A stretch of DNA of 64,000 bases, taken from Octopus vulgaris. Taxonomy: Eukaryota. The translations under genes were made by a program, and so were the position numbers. Under the pieces are notes generated by a model that saw nothing but the letters and a program-made list of their open reading frames with translations, made no database searches and was not told the DNA's origin. Shown piece by piece: positions 1 to 12,645 of the stretch; position 1 is the first letter of the stretch; the number at the start of each line of letters is the position of its first letter. Location of the stretch: assembly GCA_951406725.2 (NCBI GenBank), contig OX597836.1, positions 33,852,001-33,916,000 on the forward strand, in the 5' to 3' direction.

Positions 1-167
1 GAAACATGAATGCTTTGTATATCTCCCTTGCAAGCCAAGCAAGAAGGCAAGCATCTTGAAATCACCACAAACATCCCCACTTGAACTCAGCGTAATTTAT
101 TTTGTCGAGAAGTCCATGAAAGAAGTTGATGAAAGAAGTTCAGCTCTTGACTTAGTAAGACCCAGAT

Positions 168-555
168 TGTGGAGGCGCAATGGCACAGTGATTTGGGCAG
201 CGGACTCGCGGTCATAGGATCGCGGTTTCGATTCCCAGACCGGGCGTTGTGAGTGTTTATTGAGCGAAAACACCTAAAAGTTCCACGAGGCTCCGGCAGG
301 GGATGGTGGTGATCCCTGCTGTACTCTTTTACCACAACTTTCTCTCACTCTTACTTCCTGTTTCTGTTGTACCTGTATTTCAAAGGGCCGGCCTTGTCAC
401 TCTCTGTGTCACGCTGAATATCCCCGAGAACTACGTTAAGGGTACACGTGTCTGTGGAGTGCTCAGCCACTTACACGTTAATTTCACGAGCAGGCTGTTC
501 CGTTGATTCGGATCAACCGGAACCCTCGTCGTCGTATCCGACGGAGTGCTTCCAC
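168..555 (+). mobile_element. tRNA-derived SINE family A, full length
   Basis: Has a tRNA-like head with A/B boxes (TGGCACAGTG / GGTTTCGATTCC) and is near-identical to copies at 1016, 17474 and 27253. TSD AAGACCCAGAT at 157-167 and 556-566. Confidence 0.9.
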
Positions 556-994
556 AAGACCCAGATCCCTGATTAAATCATCTAGCTCACTCTGATTTGG
601 AAAGCGAGGCTCCAAAGTCGTTCTTGGTACGAAAACTTCATCCATTTCTTGGCTGCTGCTAATTGTTGACTCTTCAGATGAAATATTTTCTGGTGGTAGT
701 GGTACTCGTAAACTGTCATCATGTGGGACAGGTGCTCTAGATGATGGTATGTCTGGATACTGAAGAGCTTGTCTTCCTTTCACTTTCCTGTACTTTGTCA
801 CGTCGATTATACAAAAGTAACAGTCATCGTGATGGTTCTTTGGCTCTCTCCATACCCTTGGAATGATAAAAGGCATTGACCCTCCTGTACCTCTTAACCA
901 TCCTTCTAGAATAGATTGGCAGCTTCCACATATCACATGTGGGGCCCATGGTTTGTCCTGGTCACCCATGAGCATTCCGAAATAGAGTCTGTAC

Positions 995-1604
995 TATCTA
1001 TCTATCTGCTCAGTCGTGGAAGCGCAATGGCCCAGTGGTTAGGGCAGCGGACTCGCGGTCGTAGGATCACGGTTTCGATTCCCAGACCGGGCGTTGTGAG
1101 TGTTTATTGAGCGAAAACACCTGAAGCTCCACGAGGCTCCGGCAGGGGATGGTGGTGATCCCTGCTGTACTCTTTCACCACAACTTTCTCTCACTCTTAC
1201 TTCCTGTTTCTGTTGTACCTGTACTTCAAAGGGCCGGCCTTGTCACTCTCTGTGTCACGCTGAATATCCCCGAGAACTACGTTAAGGGTACACGTGTCTG
1301 TGGAGTGCTCAGCCACTTACACGTTAATTTCACGAGCAGGCTGTTCCGTTGATCGGATCAACCGGAACCCTCGTCGTCGTAACCGAGGGAGTGCTTCCAT
1401 CTGCTCAGTCGAAGTCGACTCTCGGTTACTCGATGGATCAGTGTTCTCCAGTCAGTTCTATCCTGGGCCGCTTCTTTCAGATTGGCTCTGTCCATTCCGG
1501 TATCACTCTTGATGGTGTCAAGCCAGCGGGTTCTTGGTCGGCCTCTTCCTCTCTTGCCACTGACCATTCCGAGCATGATGTCCTTCTCCAGGGAATTTCT
1601 CCGC
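995..1604 (-). mobile_element. RTE-clade LINE 3' fragment inserted in the Chapaev3-like ORF
   Basis: Translates to SLEKDIMLGMVSGKRGRGRPRTRWLDTIK...AAQDRTDWRTLIHRVTESR (typical RTE C-terminus) and ends in a (TAGA)n tail. TSD AGAGTCTGTAC at 984-994 and 1605-1615. Confidence 0.85.
1016..1398 (+). mobile_element. SINE family A inserted in the RTE fragment
   Basis: Same sequence as 168-555. TSD ATCTGCTCAGTC at 1004-1015 and 1399-1410. Confidence 0.9.
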
Positions 1605-2149
1605 AGAGTCTGTACACTATCCACAATTTGGCACCTTTCACGATCTTATGTAATACTTGCTTTTTTTCCAATATAATAACCACACCCATAGCAAAATGTA
1701 TCTGGAGAATTTTTACATACTCTAGTAGCCATCCTGAAAGTAGCAGAACTTAGTAATTGATCTGAAAGAGAAAATTAGACATACATTTAGTAGCGGAACA
1801 TTATAACAATACCGAATATACATCATAACATTGAAAGTCGACATATTTTTTTAACTGTTGATGATTCACAAATAATAATTTCATTTTTGGAATCAGCAGA
1901 AAAAAATGGATTAATAAACAATAAAAAAAATACAATAAACAAATTTTTTTTTATGTGAAAATTGTTACGTTGTGTAATTAATCACTGAGCGAGGTATAAA
2001 CAGTGGCTGCACAACATCGTGAAGTATATTTGCCACTTAAATGTGGCAACTAAATGTGAGACCGCCACATTTAGTTGGCAAATATATAATATAATATAAT
2101 ATAATATAATATAATATGATATATATATATATATATATACATATATATA

Positions 2150-2263
2150 TCCTTCTCCTATGTTTCCGACGAAGAGTTCCGCTCGAAACGTTAAACCCTC
2201 CTTCTTTCCTTCTTTCCACGTCCTCGCGTTGTCGTGTTTTTTTGTGCTTTCTTGTTTGGATTA

Positions 2264-2359
<96 letters not shown>

Positions 2360-2479
2360 ACAACAGTGAAGGAGGGTACTGACCAGCATCAGCTATTGCT
2401 ACAAACAAGAGTTGTGCAAATAACATGAAATATGTAAACAACGAGAGAGAAAATGGAAAACAGGACAAGTTAACACAAG

Positions 2480-2538
<59 letters not shown>

Positions 2539-2700
2539 TACAAATGTAGTTGAAATTTACAGAAAAACAAAAGACGAAGACAGGTGTATAAACAGCAAAC
2601 AGGTGTATTAGTTTAACACTCGGGAAGGTGAGAAAGTCGTTTACGTTTCGAGCCTACGCTCTTCAACAGAAAGGAACACGATGAAATAAACAGAGAAAGA
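2150..2700. repeat. Two short Penelope-like terminal-repeat copies with degenerate hammerhead cores (2150-2268 +, 2545-2700 -) between (TA)n/(GA)n tracts
   Basis: Motifs are CCGACGAAGAGTTCCGCTCGAAACGTT and, on the minus strand, CTGTTGAAGAGCGTAGGCTCGAAACGT. The family recurs at about 9155-9355, 22425-22640, 35651-35860, 48147-48358, 55620-55828 and 59250-59410. Confidence 0.6.
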
Positions 2701-2895
2701 ATAAAAAAGACTTTAGGAGGACCCAATATGGCGGTTGTCTGGACAAAGGTAGTCAGACAGGAGAGCTAGAGAGAAGGGGAGATAAGAATACAGAGCAAGA
2801 TATGGATGCAGACAGAGTGAAGCTAATAGAAACCTACCAAGGTCGAACTACGTTTTTATATTTTTTATCTTTTATTTTTATATTTCTTGTACACA

Positions 2896-2927
<32 letters not shown>

Positions 2928-3535
2928 TAATTATTCAATTATTTAGTTTTTGTTTTTTTTATTAAATAAAATTCTATCATTTCTTTCTCTTCCTGTTTTG
3001 TTATTGCTGTTGTTGTTAATATTGTTGTTGTTTTTTTTTTTTCAAGATTCCAACACTCATTTTCTAATCTCTTCAATGTTTGTGTATGCGTGTGTGCATA
3101 TATGTGTATGTGTGTGTGTATGTGTGTGTGTGTGTATGTGTGTGTGTGTGTGTGTCTCTCTCTCTCTATATATATATGTACGTGTGTGTGAGACTGCGTG
3201 CTGCAGTAAGACTTTGTAGTTTTAATAAATATTTATGTCTATATTATAAAATTATTTATTCCTTCATTCTCTGTGTTTTTCTCTCATATTCCCCCTTCTC
3301 CCCCTCTCTCCTTTGTATACGTGTTTTAAAATCTATATACACACACATATAGACATACATACACACATATATATGTATGCACGTACATATATATACATGT
3401 ATATATATATACATAGAGAGAGAGAAAGAGAAAGGGAGAGACATACAAAGAGAGAGAAAGATAGAGAGAGAAACACACAGATACATGTAGATACATATGC
3501 AAGCATATATACACACATATATACATACATGCATG

Positions 3536-3573
<38 letters not shown>

Positions 3574-3623
3574 CATGTATGTATATATGCATATATATAC
3601 ATGCATATATATATATGTATGTA

Positions 3624-3711
<88 letters not shown>

Positions 3712-4332
3712 TATATATTAATTTCTGCTTTCTCGTTGGTCTCTCACTAAATCACTTTGCACGAAGTATTCTAGCTATAAACTACGAAATAATTAATGTG
3801 TGTGTGCGCGTGTGTGTCTAATATATAACTACGTATATAACATGTTTTTATAGATGTATATAAATACATACATACATACATATATATATGTATATAAACA
3901 CATATACCTGTGTTAGCATGGGACAGCCAGTATGTGAGCGACTAATGTGAGTGTATGTGTGTGCATATATGTGTGTGTGCTTGTGTGTGTACATATACTT
4001 TGGTTGTCCCAAAAATAATGCTAAAATTGGCATAACTTTTTTTTTTTCACTGACTTAGATTATTCTAATTGAAGACATTTGCAGAGTTCTCCTTCCTCTA
4101 TTGTGACTCTTTCCGTTTCTTCGTTGCGGGTAACAATCGGGTTCGAAGCACAAGTAAATGTATCATCAATTAGTTTTTTGGCGAAAGAGGGGCACAGGTT
4201 ATCTGACACCCACAGGAAGCTACAGGTTGTTTATGAAGATGGCTACTGACAAGAACAAAGTACCCAGATGGATGAAAAAGTTCAAAGAAATAAAAATTAA
4301 ATAACATTGAACAGCATTGAAGTAAAAATAAA

Positions 4333-4777
4333 GAATCTTTTCGGTTTGAACGGCAGTTTTTTCTAGTGGTGTCATATGAAATTGTCACCCATAATTATGA
4401 CCCTAGTATCGATCTATTGCATTTCAATCTGTTTTAGGGTTAGGGTTAGAGTTAGGGTTAGTTAGGGTTAGGGCTAGGGGTGGGAGGAAGGGTATCTTTT
4501 TTTCTTCAGAAATGTAAATAAACCCAATCTGTTTCTTAAATGAGGGACATATTCATACGGCACAGAATGTTTTCACCTCAATAGACGTCATTGATTGGTT
4601 GAAATCGCAGAGATTGAAGAAAAAACACAACAAATATCTTACAAACTATAGAATTTTCTGAATAAAGCCAAGAAAAAAAGATGTTTTATAAACATATTCT
4701 ACCAGTATATGAAGTTTAAAAGTGTTTAGTTACGTGGAAATTATTTTAAAAAACTGCCGTTCAAACCGAAAAGATCC
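4333..4777 (+). mobile_element. Merlin-like MITE carrying internal (TTAGGG)n
   Basis: About 30-bp TIRs G(G/A)ATCTTTTCGGTTTGAACGGCAGTTTTTT. 8-bp TSD AAAATAAA at 4325-4332 and 4778-4785. Telomeric hexamers at about 4433-4478. Confidence 0.8.
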
Positions 4778-4974
4778 AAAATAAAGATAACAGCATTGAA
4801 GACAAATCACACCGTGAGGCCAAGACCAGATTAAGACTAATGGAGCCTTTAAGCAATTAAATGATTTTGGTGCCCCCATATATAAGTAATTCAAACTATA
4901 AACAACGATAAACTGTAAAATGAATTTTCAGTTTTCAAAATGAAACAAAACTAACAACAAGATGGAAAAGAATA

Positions 4975-5088
4975 CTCTTTACTCTTTACTCTTTTACTTG
5001 TTTAAGTCATTTGACTGTGGCCACGCTGGAGCACTGCCTTTTAGTCGAGCAAATCGACACCAGGACTTATTATTTGTAAACCTAGTAC
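4975..5088 (-). mobile_element. SINE family B 3' fragment
   Basis: Matches the family B tail (GCTCCAGCRTGGCCRCAGTCAAATGACT...AAGTAAAAGAG). Confidence 0.8.
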
Positions 5089-6059
5089 GGTGCAGGTATT
5101 CTAGCCATTTGCAACGAAATCTATTCTTGAATTCCTCCTAAAGTTCCACAAAGTACTCTTTGTGGGAATCCAGTGGATGTAGATGGTACCCTTGCTGTCG
5201 AAAAAGAGGATTATAGTAAGGATGATTTCTATATTAATATAAGGTTCTGAGGTCAGCATTTTAGTAGGGTTTTGCTATAACACGAAGGAGCGTTCACAAC
5301 CTGGTTAACGACGTCGGCGGTGGCAACTTGTCGATACTGTGTGTGTTCGTTCAATGGTGATTGGTATACAGAGACAGACGGACTTCAACGGTGGTTGGTT
5401 TGCAAAGATAGATGGACAAACTCAGCTTTAAGATTATAAAGTTTATTCACAGCAGTGGCTTACACATGAATTGCCTTGCATGAAAGTGCTGAATAAGATT
5501 AGCTGTGTTCGTGTGAGATGACTATAGAATGGTAGCTGTGAATGTATGAATGGGTGAAGACATTAATTGTGTTTTGTGTATATAGAAAAGGACTTGATAG
5601 AAGTGTTTCTAGTAAGCATGGAGAGATCACGGCTTTGAGTTTTGTCTATACTGCCGGTGCACGTGGAAGAAGGATGTTCTTGTGTGAGAGAGGCCAGCGT
5701 TAACGCGATAGAACCGAATTACAAGCCGGGAGTCCTTCAGAGAAACGAAGCAAAGGAACTCAAGGGACTCGATTAAACATGACGGCAGCTACATTATATA
5801 AGTGACAATCGGTCGTAGCAGAGAGCGCCTGTTAGAGGGAGCCTGTATATTCGGTCAATCACGGACCGAATAGAGCTGTAAACTTACAGTGGTCGTCTGA
5901 GCCTAGCCTGTGGTCAAAAATGCAGGTTTTAAACAACTGCTAGTACAGACATGCTACAGGATCGTTCTGAGCTTCCCAGTGGACCTGTTTTTCCTGTCAT
6001 CTTGGTGTCAGCGAGAACCAGATGCTCGACTCAGTTTAACACCAAACAATATAGCATCG

Positions 6060-6214
6060 CAGGGGCGGACTGGGAGTATTAAGAACCCTCGGGCTTAACT
6101 GTTTACCAGTCCCCTTAGCATTGATATAAATAGAGTTAACATGTAGAGTGAGGGTCCCTCAGAGCTCCGGGCCCTTGGGCAGCCTCGATTGACCGACGGC
6201 TCAGTCCGCCCCTA
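6060..6214. mobile_element. Small hAT-like MITE
   Basis: TIRs CAGGGGCGGACTG / CAGTCCGCCCCTA. No clean 8-bp TSD seen. Confidence 0.55.
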
Positions 6215-6338
6215 TGGCCAATCAAGCTTCCAGATTGTCTTCACGTCCCGATTGCATTCTAAAAACCAGTCAGTTGTGGCCAGCAGTGTTGTGGAGGGTA
6301 TGTTAAAAGTGCTGTTACAGTCGTCTTCTTCAATCTAG

Positions 6339-6390
<52 letters not shown>

Positions 6391-6602
6391 CTATAAGAAA
6401 ATGGAGGAGAACAATAGGTGGTTCATCAACTTTTAGACATTATTTTATGTTAACTTATTTATTTATTTACTAAACTGATGATTACAATAATATACATACA
6501 TACAACATATTATTCTTTACATATAAGATATAAGATACAAAATATAGTAATATATAAGGATACCGGTAATTATTATAAAAAACATGAATATAAATTGGGA
6601 AA

Positions 6603-6731
6603 ATAACTTACAGCTGTTTCAGCCAATAGATAAAAATACCTCATTCTACCTTTATTACTCAAGTGGATTGAAGTAATAGGAAGATGAACATGAGGTACTT
6701 GTATTTATCGTTAGACTTCGTCAGAGATTAT
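6603..6731 (-). ncRNA. Type-I hammerhead ribozyme motif with about 105-nt extended stem II
   Basis: Minus strand reads ATAATCT-CTGACGA-[AGTCTAA..GATAAA..TACCTCAT..TATTACTTCAA/TTGAGTAATA..ATGAGGTA..TTTATC..TTGGCT]-GAAA-CAGCTG-TA-AGTTAT. Confidence 0.65.
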
Positions 6732-6848
6732 AAAGTATATAATGTTAAGTTAAATTAAATATAAATATAGATACAAAATATATAAATTGCACACACATTT
6801 GAGTATTCATATATAAAGATATAAATATACATACATACATACATACAT

Positions 6849-6946
<98 letters not shown>

Positions 6947-7579
6947 CGTTGGCAGGTCAGCTTATTGGATGTATAGTAATATATTAGAATTACAATCATC
7001 TGGGTCAGTTATAACTCTGTCCCTCCTAAAAAAATCCCACGAAAGTGTATATACGTTCCTTTGTGCCTCATGAAGGATTACGCCCTGCAAATGAAAAAAA
7101 AATTTTTTGTTGAAATAAAATAAATGTAAAAAAAAAACAGACATAAAAAAACAATAAAACAGCCTTAATAAAATGAAGACAAAAAAAACAAACCTTTAAA
7201 AAAAGAATGTTTTTTTTTCAAAGATGGGATTGGTTCGTCTGTCTAGAGTCTCTTTGATCACGGGTATATGCTTGATCAGACGTTGAATTCATCTAGCTGT
7301 ACAACAACAACAACAACAACAACAACAACAGTGACAACAACAACAACAACGACGACGATGACGACGACGAGAGCACCAACCGCTGTACGTATTACATAAT
7401 CGTCAGAAACACGTGCAAAAATAACCTTTTATCATTTTCTCTCAACAGTTTTTATCACGCACCTTTAATCTGGTTTATATTTAAAAAAAAAAAACTGCCA
7501 CCGCTTTCTCATTTCGCTTCTCTCTCACCGTCTCCCGCTCATTCCAGCCCTCTCTCATTCTGTTTCTTCGGAAGCTAAT

Positions 7580-7618
7580 TGTTCTTTCTTTCTTTCTTTC
7601 TTTCCGTCCTTCCTTCCT

Positions 7619-7674
<56 letters not shown>

Positions 7675-7810
7675 TCGTTCTTTCGTTCTTTCTTTCTTTC
7701 CTTCCTTCCTTCCTTCCTTCCTTCCTTCCTTCCTTCCTTCCTTCCTTCCTTCCTTCCTTCCTTCTTTCTTTCTTTCTTTCTTTCTTTCCTTCCTTCCTTC
7801 CTTCCTTCCT

Positions 7811-7842
<32 letters not shown>

Positions 7843-7922
7843 TCCTTCCTTCTTTCCTTCTTTCTTTCTTTCTTTTTTTGTGAGTTTGTATCATTCTCTC
7901 ATGCGAACCTGTAACTTGCATG

Positions 7923-7975
<53 letters not shown>
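7580..7975. repeat. (CTTT)n/(CCTT)n polypyrimidine tract followed by (CA)n
   Basis: Read directly. It explains the KERK/SFFL ORFs. Confidence 0.95.
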
Positions 7976-7981
<6 letters not shown>

Positions 7982-8061
7982 TTATTAGTGGCACAGTGAA
8001 GAATTGTAAGACTTTCCGAAAATTCTCCATCTGAGATTTTTGTGCGAAAAGATACACAAAC

Positions 8062-8254
8062 CTTGCCCGTTGTCCGGAAATCCGTCGTCACACATCTGTG
8101 GCCTTCTCACCAACACTTTCCGCGTGTGCGTTTGCTCTGCTTCATCCATAGATTAAGAGAATTGATTAAGCAGAGCAAGAGCACACACGAAGACGGAAAG
8201 TGTCACCGAGGAGGTCACAGATGTGTGACAAAAGATTTCCGGACAATGGACAAG
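8062..8254. repeat. Imperfect long hairpin (about 85-bp arms)
   Basis: TTGTCCGGAAATC..GTCACACATCTGTG..TTGCTCTGCTT pairs with AAGCAGAGCAA..CACAGATGTGTGAC..GATTTCCGGACAA. Confidence 0.85.
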
Positions 8255-8644
8255 AGTTAGAATAAGACCAGTAATAAACGAATGAAGAATGAATGCACAT
8301 TGCGTGTTTATATAGCAAAAAGATAACAAAACAAAATGAATTACCATCCCGAAATACAACAATGTATATATATATATTAATAATTCCTTCTGGAAACTAT
8401 CTTTAACATGTTCTTGAGAATGATTATTTATGTTGTAATCTTTTGTGCCCAATATTTTAAGGAACTTGTTAAAGTCAAACTTTTTTATGTCCTTAACATG
8501 TCCTTGCTACCAAATACTGTATATATGTAATGTAGCATTTTGTAACAACCAATAATTAACGCAACCAAACTTCTACATGTTACTTTTGACAATCTTTTTC
8601 CAAAGAGTGAAACCAGTAAAGTAAATAAAATCAAACCTTCTTTC

Positions 8645-8720
<76 letters not shown>

Positions 8721-8723
<3 letters not shown>

Positions 8724-9012
8724 AAATAGTATATTTCGTACATATAAGAAGGACGACCCCTAAGTGGACATCCATTATGATAGATGTAGACCCTATATGG
8801 TCTGACCACTAAGAAAAGATTGTTCTCAAGAAAATTCAGCAAACGCTGTATTTTGTATCTTTTCTTTTGTCATGCTCGCTAATGTTCTGGTGTTTGCTGA
8901 ATTTTCTTGAGAACAATCTTTTCTTAGTGGTCAGACCATATGGCATCTACATCTAGCATATTGGATGTCCACTTAGCGGTCATCCCTCTTATATGTATGT
9001 AATATAATTTTT
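8721..9012. repeat. Inverted repeat, about 125-bp arms and about 40-bp spacer
   Basis: TATGGTCTGACCACTAAGAAAAGATTGTTCTCAAGAAAATTCAGCAAAC occurs with its exact reverse complement. The outer arms are diverged. Confidence 0.9.
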
Positions 9013-9094
9013 CTAAATCTTCAGATTTTTTCAATATGCTAGGCCACTGCTTTAAATTGATATCAATCAAATTAATATTCAATTTTTTACCCTG

Positions 9095-9157
<63 letters not shown>

Positions 9158-9524
9158 AGGGAGAGTTTACGTAAAAAACAAAAGACGAAGACAGGTGGTG
9201 TACAAAACAAACAGATGTATTAGTTTAACGCTCAGGAATAGAAAACGTCTTTTACGTTTCGAGTCTACGCTCTTCTACAGAAAAGGACAGAAAAAAACAA
9301 GGAGAGAAACAAGGAGAGAAAAAAATGTGTGTAGTGGCTAACGATCTATCATGGTGGGTAAAGAAATATAAGGAATGCTTTGCGTTACATAAATGATATT
9401 TCAAGGAATTAATAAAAGCAACAAACGGAAAATTCGTAGCTAATTCTTTATCAGTCAACGACGTCTAAATGATCATAACGATTTCGCGCCGTTATCGTTG
9501 ATACCATTCTCTCTTGTTGGCGCC

Positions 9525-9700
<176 letters not shown>

Positions 9701-9703
9701 GAT

Positions 9704-10388
9704 CAGTGGCTCTCAATTGGGTTCCCTATGACACCCGAGGTTCCATATAAGAATTTTGTGGGCCAACGCAGCAAAATTGTAAATTGATGATCCACAATAG
9801 TCTTATTCTTTGTAAGCCAAGTACTAATTCTATCGGTCTCTTAGGCCGAATCGCTAATTTACCAGGACGTAAACACAGCAACATCGGTTTTCAAGCGATG
9901 GTTGAGAGACAAGGACACACACACACACATATACGACGGACTTCTTTCAGTTTCTGTCGACCAAATCCTCTCACAGGGCTTTGTTCGACCCAAGGCTATA
10001 GTTGAAGACACTTGCACAAGGTGCTACGCAGTGGGACTGAACCCGGAACTATGTGGTTAGGAAGCAAGCTTCTTAACACACAGCTACACCTGCGATATGC
10101 AAATATATATATATATATATATATAGATATATATATATATATATTTCACTTTCGATGTATATACTGGTATATATTGCAACAAACAGCTAGGTTTCTTTCT
10201 CCAATGTCTTAAATGGTTCTAGCTGTTACGTAGTTCAGCAGAAGCGAATGTGTGAATAGTAAAATAGAAAATGTTTAAAGATATCTCTATAAAGTTAGTT
10301 TTTAAACGTTTAATGGTTATGGGAGGGTTCACCTGAATAAAATAGTTATCAAAAGGGCCCACAGATAAAGAATGGTCGAGAACCCTTG
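9704..10388 (+). mobile_element. hAT-Charlie-like MITE interrupted by a SINE B (about 9800-10095, - strand)
   Basis: Termini are CAGTGGCTCTCAA and TCGAGAACCCTTG. TSD ATCTAGAT at 9696-9703 and 10389-10396 fits the NTCTAGAN Charlie target. Confidence 0.8.
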
Positions 10389-10404
10389 ATCTAGATTGAT
10401 AGAC

Positions 10405-12645
10405 AGACAGACAGATATGTTTCTTTATTACCCACAAGGGGCTAAACATAGAGGGGACAAATAAGGACAGACAAACGAATTAAGTCGATTACATCGACCT
10501 CGACCCCAGTGCGTAACTGGTACTTAATTTATCGACCCCGAATGGATGAAAGGCAAAGTCGACCTCGGCGGAATTTGAACTCAGAACGTAACGGCAGACG
10601 AAATACCTATTTCTTTATTACCCACAAGGGGCTAAACATAGAGGGGACAAATAAGGACAGACAAACGAATTAGGTCAATTACATCGATTGCATCGACCCC
10701 AGTGCGTAACTGGTACTTAATTTATCGACCCCGAATGGATGAAAGGCAAAGTCGACCTCGGCGGAATTTGAACTCAGAACGTAACGGCAAACGAAATACG
10801 GCTACGCATGATCACCCGGCGTGCTAACGGTTCTGCCAGACATAGATGCGAGCGCCTCTCTGCTCCGTAGACATACGTTTCTAACCAAACTTTTTGCGAA
10901 CTGGTTTGCCTTCGAAATGCCAGTCGACAGACAGATATGTTTCTTTATTACCCACAAGGGGCTAAACATAGAGGGGACAAATAAGGACAGACAAACGAAT
11001 TAAGTCGATTACATCGATTGCATCGATCCCAGTGCGTAACTGGTACTTAATTTATCGACCCCGAATGGATGAAAGGCAGAGTCGACCTCGGCGGAATTTG
11101 AACTCAGAACGTAACGGAGAGACGAAATACGGCTACGCATGATCACTAGGCGTGCTAACGGTTCTGCCAGCTCGGAGATGCGAGCGCGTCTCTGCTCCGT
11201 AGACATACGTTTTCTAACCAAACTTTTGCGAACTGGTTTGCCTTCGAAATGCCAATCGACAGACAGATATGTTTCTTTATTACCCACAAGGGGCTAAACA
11301 TAGAGGGGACAAATAAGGACAGACAAACGAATTAAGTCGATTACATCGATTGCATCGACCCCAGTGCGTAACTGGTACTTACTTTATCGACCCCGAATGG
11401 ATGAAAGGCAAAGTCGACCTCGGCGGAATTTGAACTCAGAACGTAACGGAGAGACGAAATACGGCTACGCATGATCACCCGGCGTGCTAACGGTTCTGCC
11501 AGACATAGATGCGAGCGCCTCTCTGCTCCGTAGACATACGTTTCTAACCAAACTTTTTGCGAACTGGTTTGCCTTCGAAATGCCAATCGACAGACAGATA
11601 TGTTTCTTTATTACCCACAAGGGGCTAAACATAGAGGGGACAAATAAGGACACACAAACGAATTAAGTCGATTACATCGATTGCATCGACCCCAGTGCGA
11701 AACTGGTACTTAATTTATCGACCCCGAATGGATGAAAGGCAAAGTCGACCTCGGCGGAATTTGAACTCAGAACGTAACGGCAGACGAAATACCTATTTCT
11801 TTATTACCCACAAGGGGCTAAACATAGAGGGGACAAATAAGGACAGACAAACGCGAATTAAGTCGATTACATCGATTGCATCGACCCCAGTGCGTAACTG
11901 GTACTTAATTTATCGACCCCCGAATGGATGAAAGGCAAAGTCGACCTCGGCGGAATTTGAACTCGGAACGTAACGGAGAGACGAAATACGGCTACGCATG
12001 ATCACCCGGCGTGCTAACGGTTCTGCCAGACATAGATGCGAGCGCGTCCCTGCTCCGTAGACATACGTTTTCTAACCAAACTTTTTGCGAACTGGTTTGC
12101 CTTCGAAATGCCAATCGACAGACAGATATGTTTCTTTATTACCCACAAGGGGCTAAACATAGAGGGGACTAATAAGGACAGACAAACGAATTAAGTCGAT
12201 TACATCGATTGCATCGATCCCAGTGCGTAACTGGTACTTAATTTATCGACCCCCGAATGGATGAAAGGCAAAGTCGACCTCGGCGGAATTTGAACTCAGA
12301 ACGTAACGGCAGACGAAATACCTATTTCTTTATTACCCACAAGGGGCTAAACATAGAGGGGACAAATAAGGACAGACAAACGAATTAGGTCAATTACATC
12401 GATTGCATCGACCCCAGTGCGTAACTGGTACTTAATTTATCGACCCCGAATGGATGAAAGGCAAAGTCGACCTCGGCGGAATTTGAACTCAGAACGTAAC
12501 GGAGAGACGAAATACGGCTACGCATGATCACCCGGCGTGCTAACGGTTCTGCCAGACATAGATGCGAGCGAGTCTCTGCTCCGTAAGACATACGTTTCTA
12601 ACCAAACTTTTTGCGAACTGGTTTGCCTTCGAAATGCCAATCGAC
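10405..12645 (-). repeat. Tandem array of 8 SINE family C bodies with a co-duplicated spacer of about 105 bp
   Basis: The tail marker TTTCTTTATTACCCACAAGGGG occurs at about 10420, 10610, 10940, 11270, 11600, 11795, 12130 and 12325. Periods alternate between about 190-195 and about 330 bp. Confidence 0.92.

Larger units (their letters stand above)
1..1974 (-). mobile_element. Chapaev3-like (CMC superfamily) DNA transposon, decayed and internally deleted, runs off the left edge of the window
   Basis: After removing nested inserts the minus strand reads MATRVCKNSPDTFCYGCGYYIG(fs)KKQVLHK...YRLYFGMLMGDQDKPWAPHVICGSC...WREPKNHHDDCYFC...ELDDLIRDLGLTKSRAELLSS / LLDKINYAEFKW(fs)DVCGDFKMLAFLLGLQGRYTKHSCF. 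ATG is at 1732. The terminus CACAACGTAACAA ends at 1974 and is flanked by TAA, matching CAC termini and the 3-bp TWA target recalled for Chapaev3. Confidence 0.75.

Noticed and set aside
168-250. Functional tRNA genes at SINE heads
   Set aside because: The tRNA-like boxes run into conserved SINE bodies with TSDs and no complete acceptor stem was found.
4433-4478. True telomere or chromosome fusion site
   Set aside because: It is a short degenerate run inside a MITE that recurs at 39347-39760.
5273-5792. Solo LTR
   Set aside because: It has TG..CA-like ends and a minus-strand AATAAA, but no matching terminal inverted repeat or TSD.
10405-12645. CRISPR array or retrozyme array (CTGTCGA...GAAACGTATGTC in the spacer)
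   Set aside because: The spacers are near-identical and the repeat is a SINE. The apparent core is non-canonical, is created by the duplication junction and is absent from the outermost copy.
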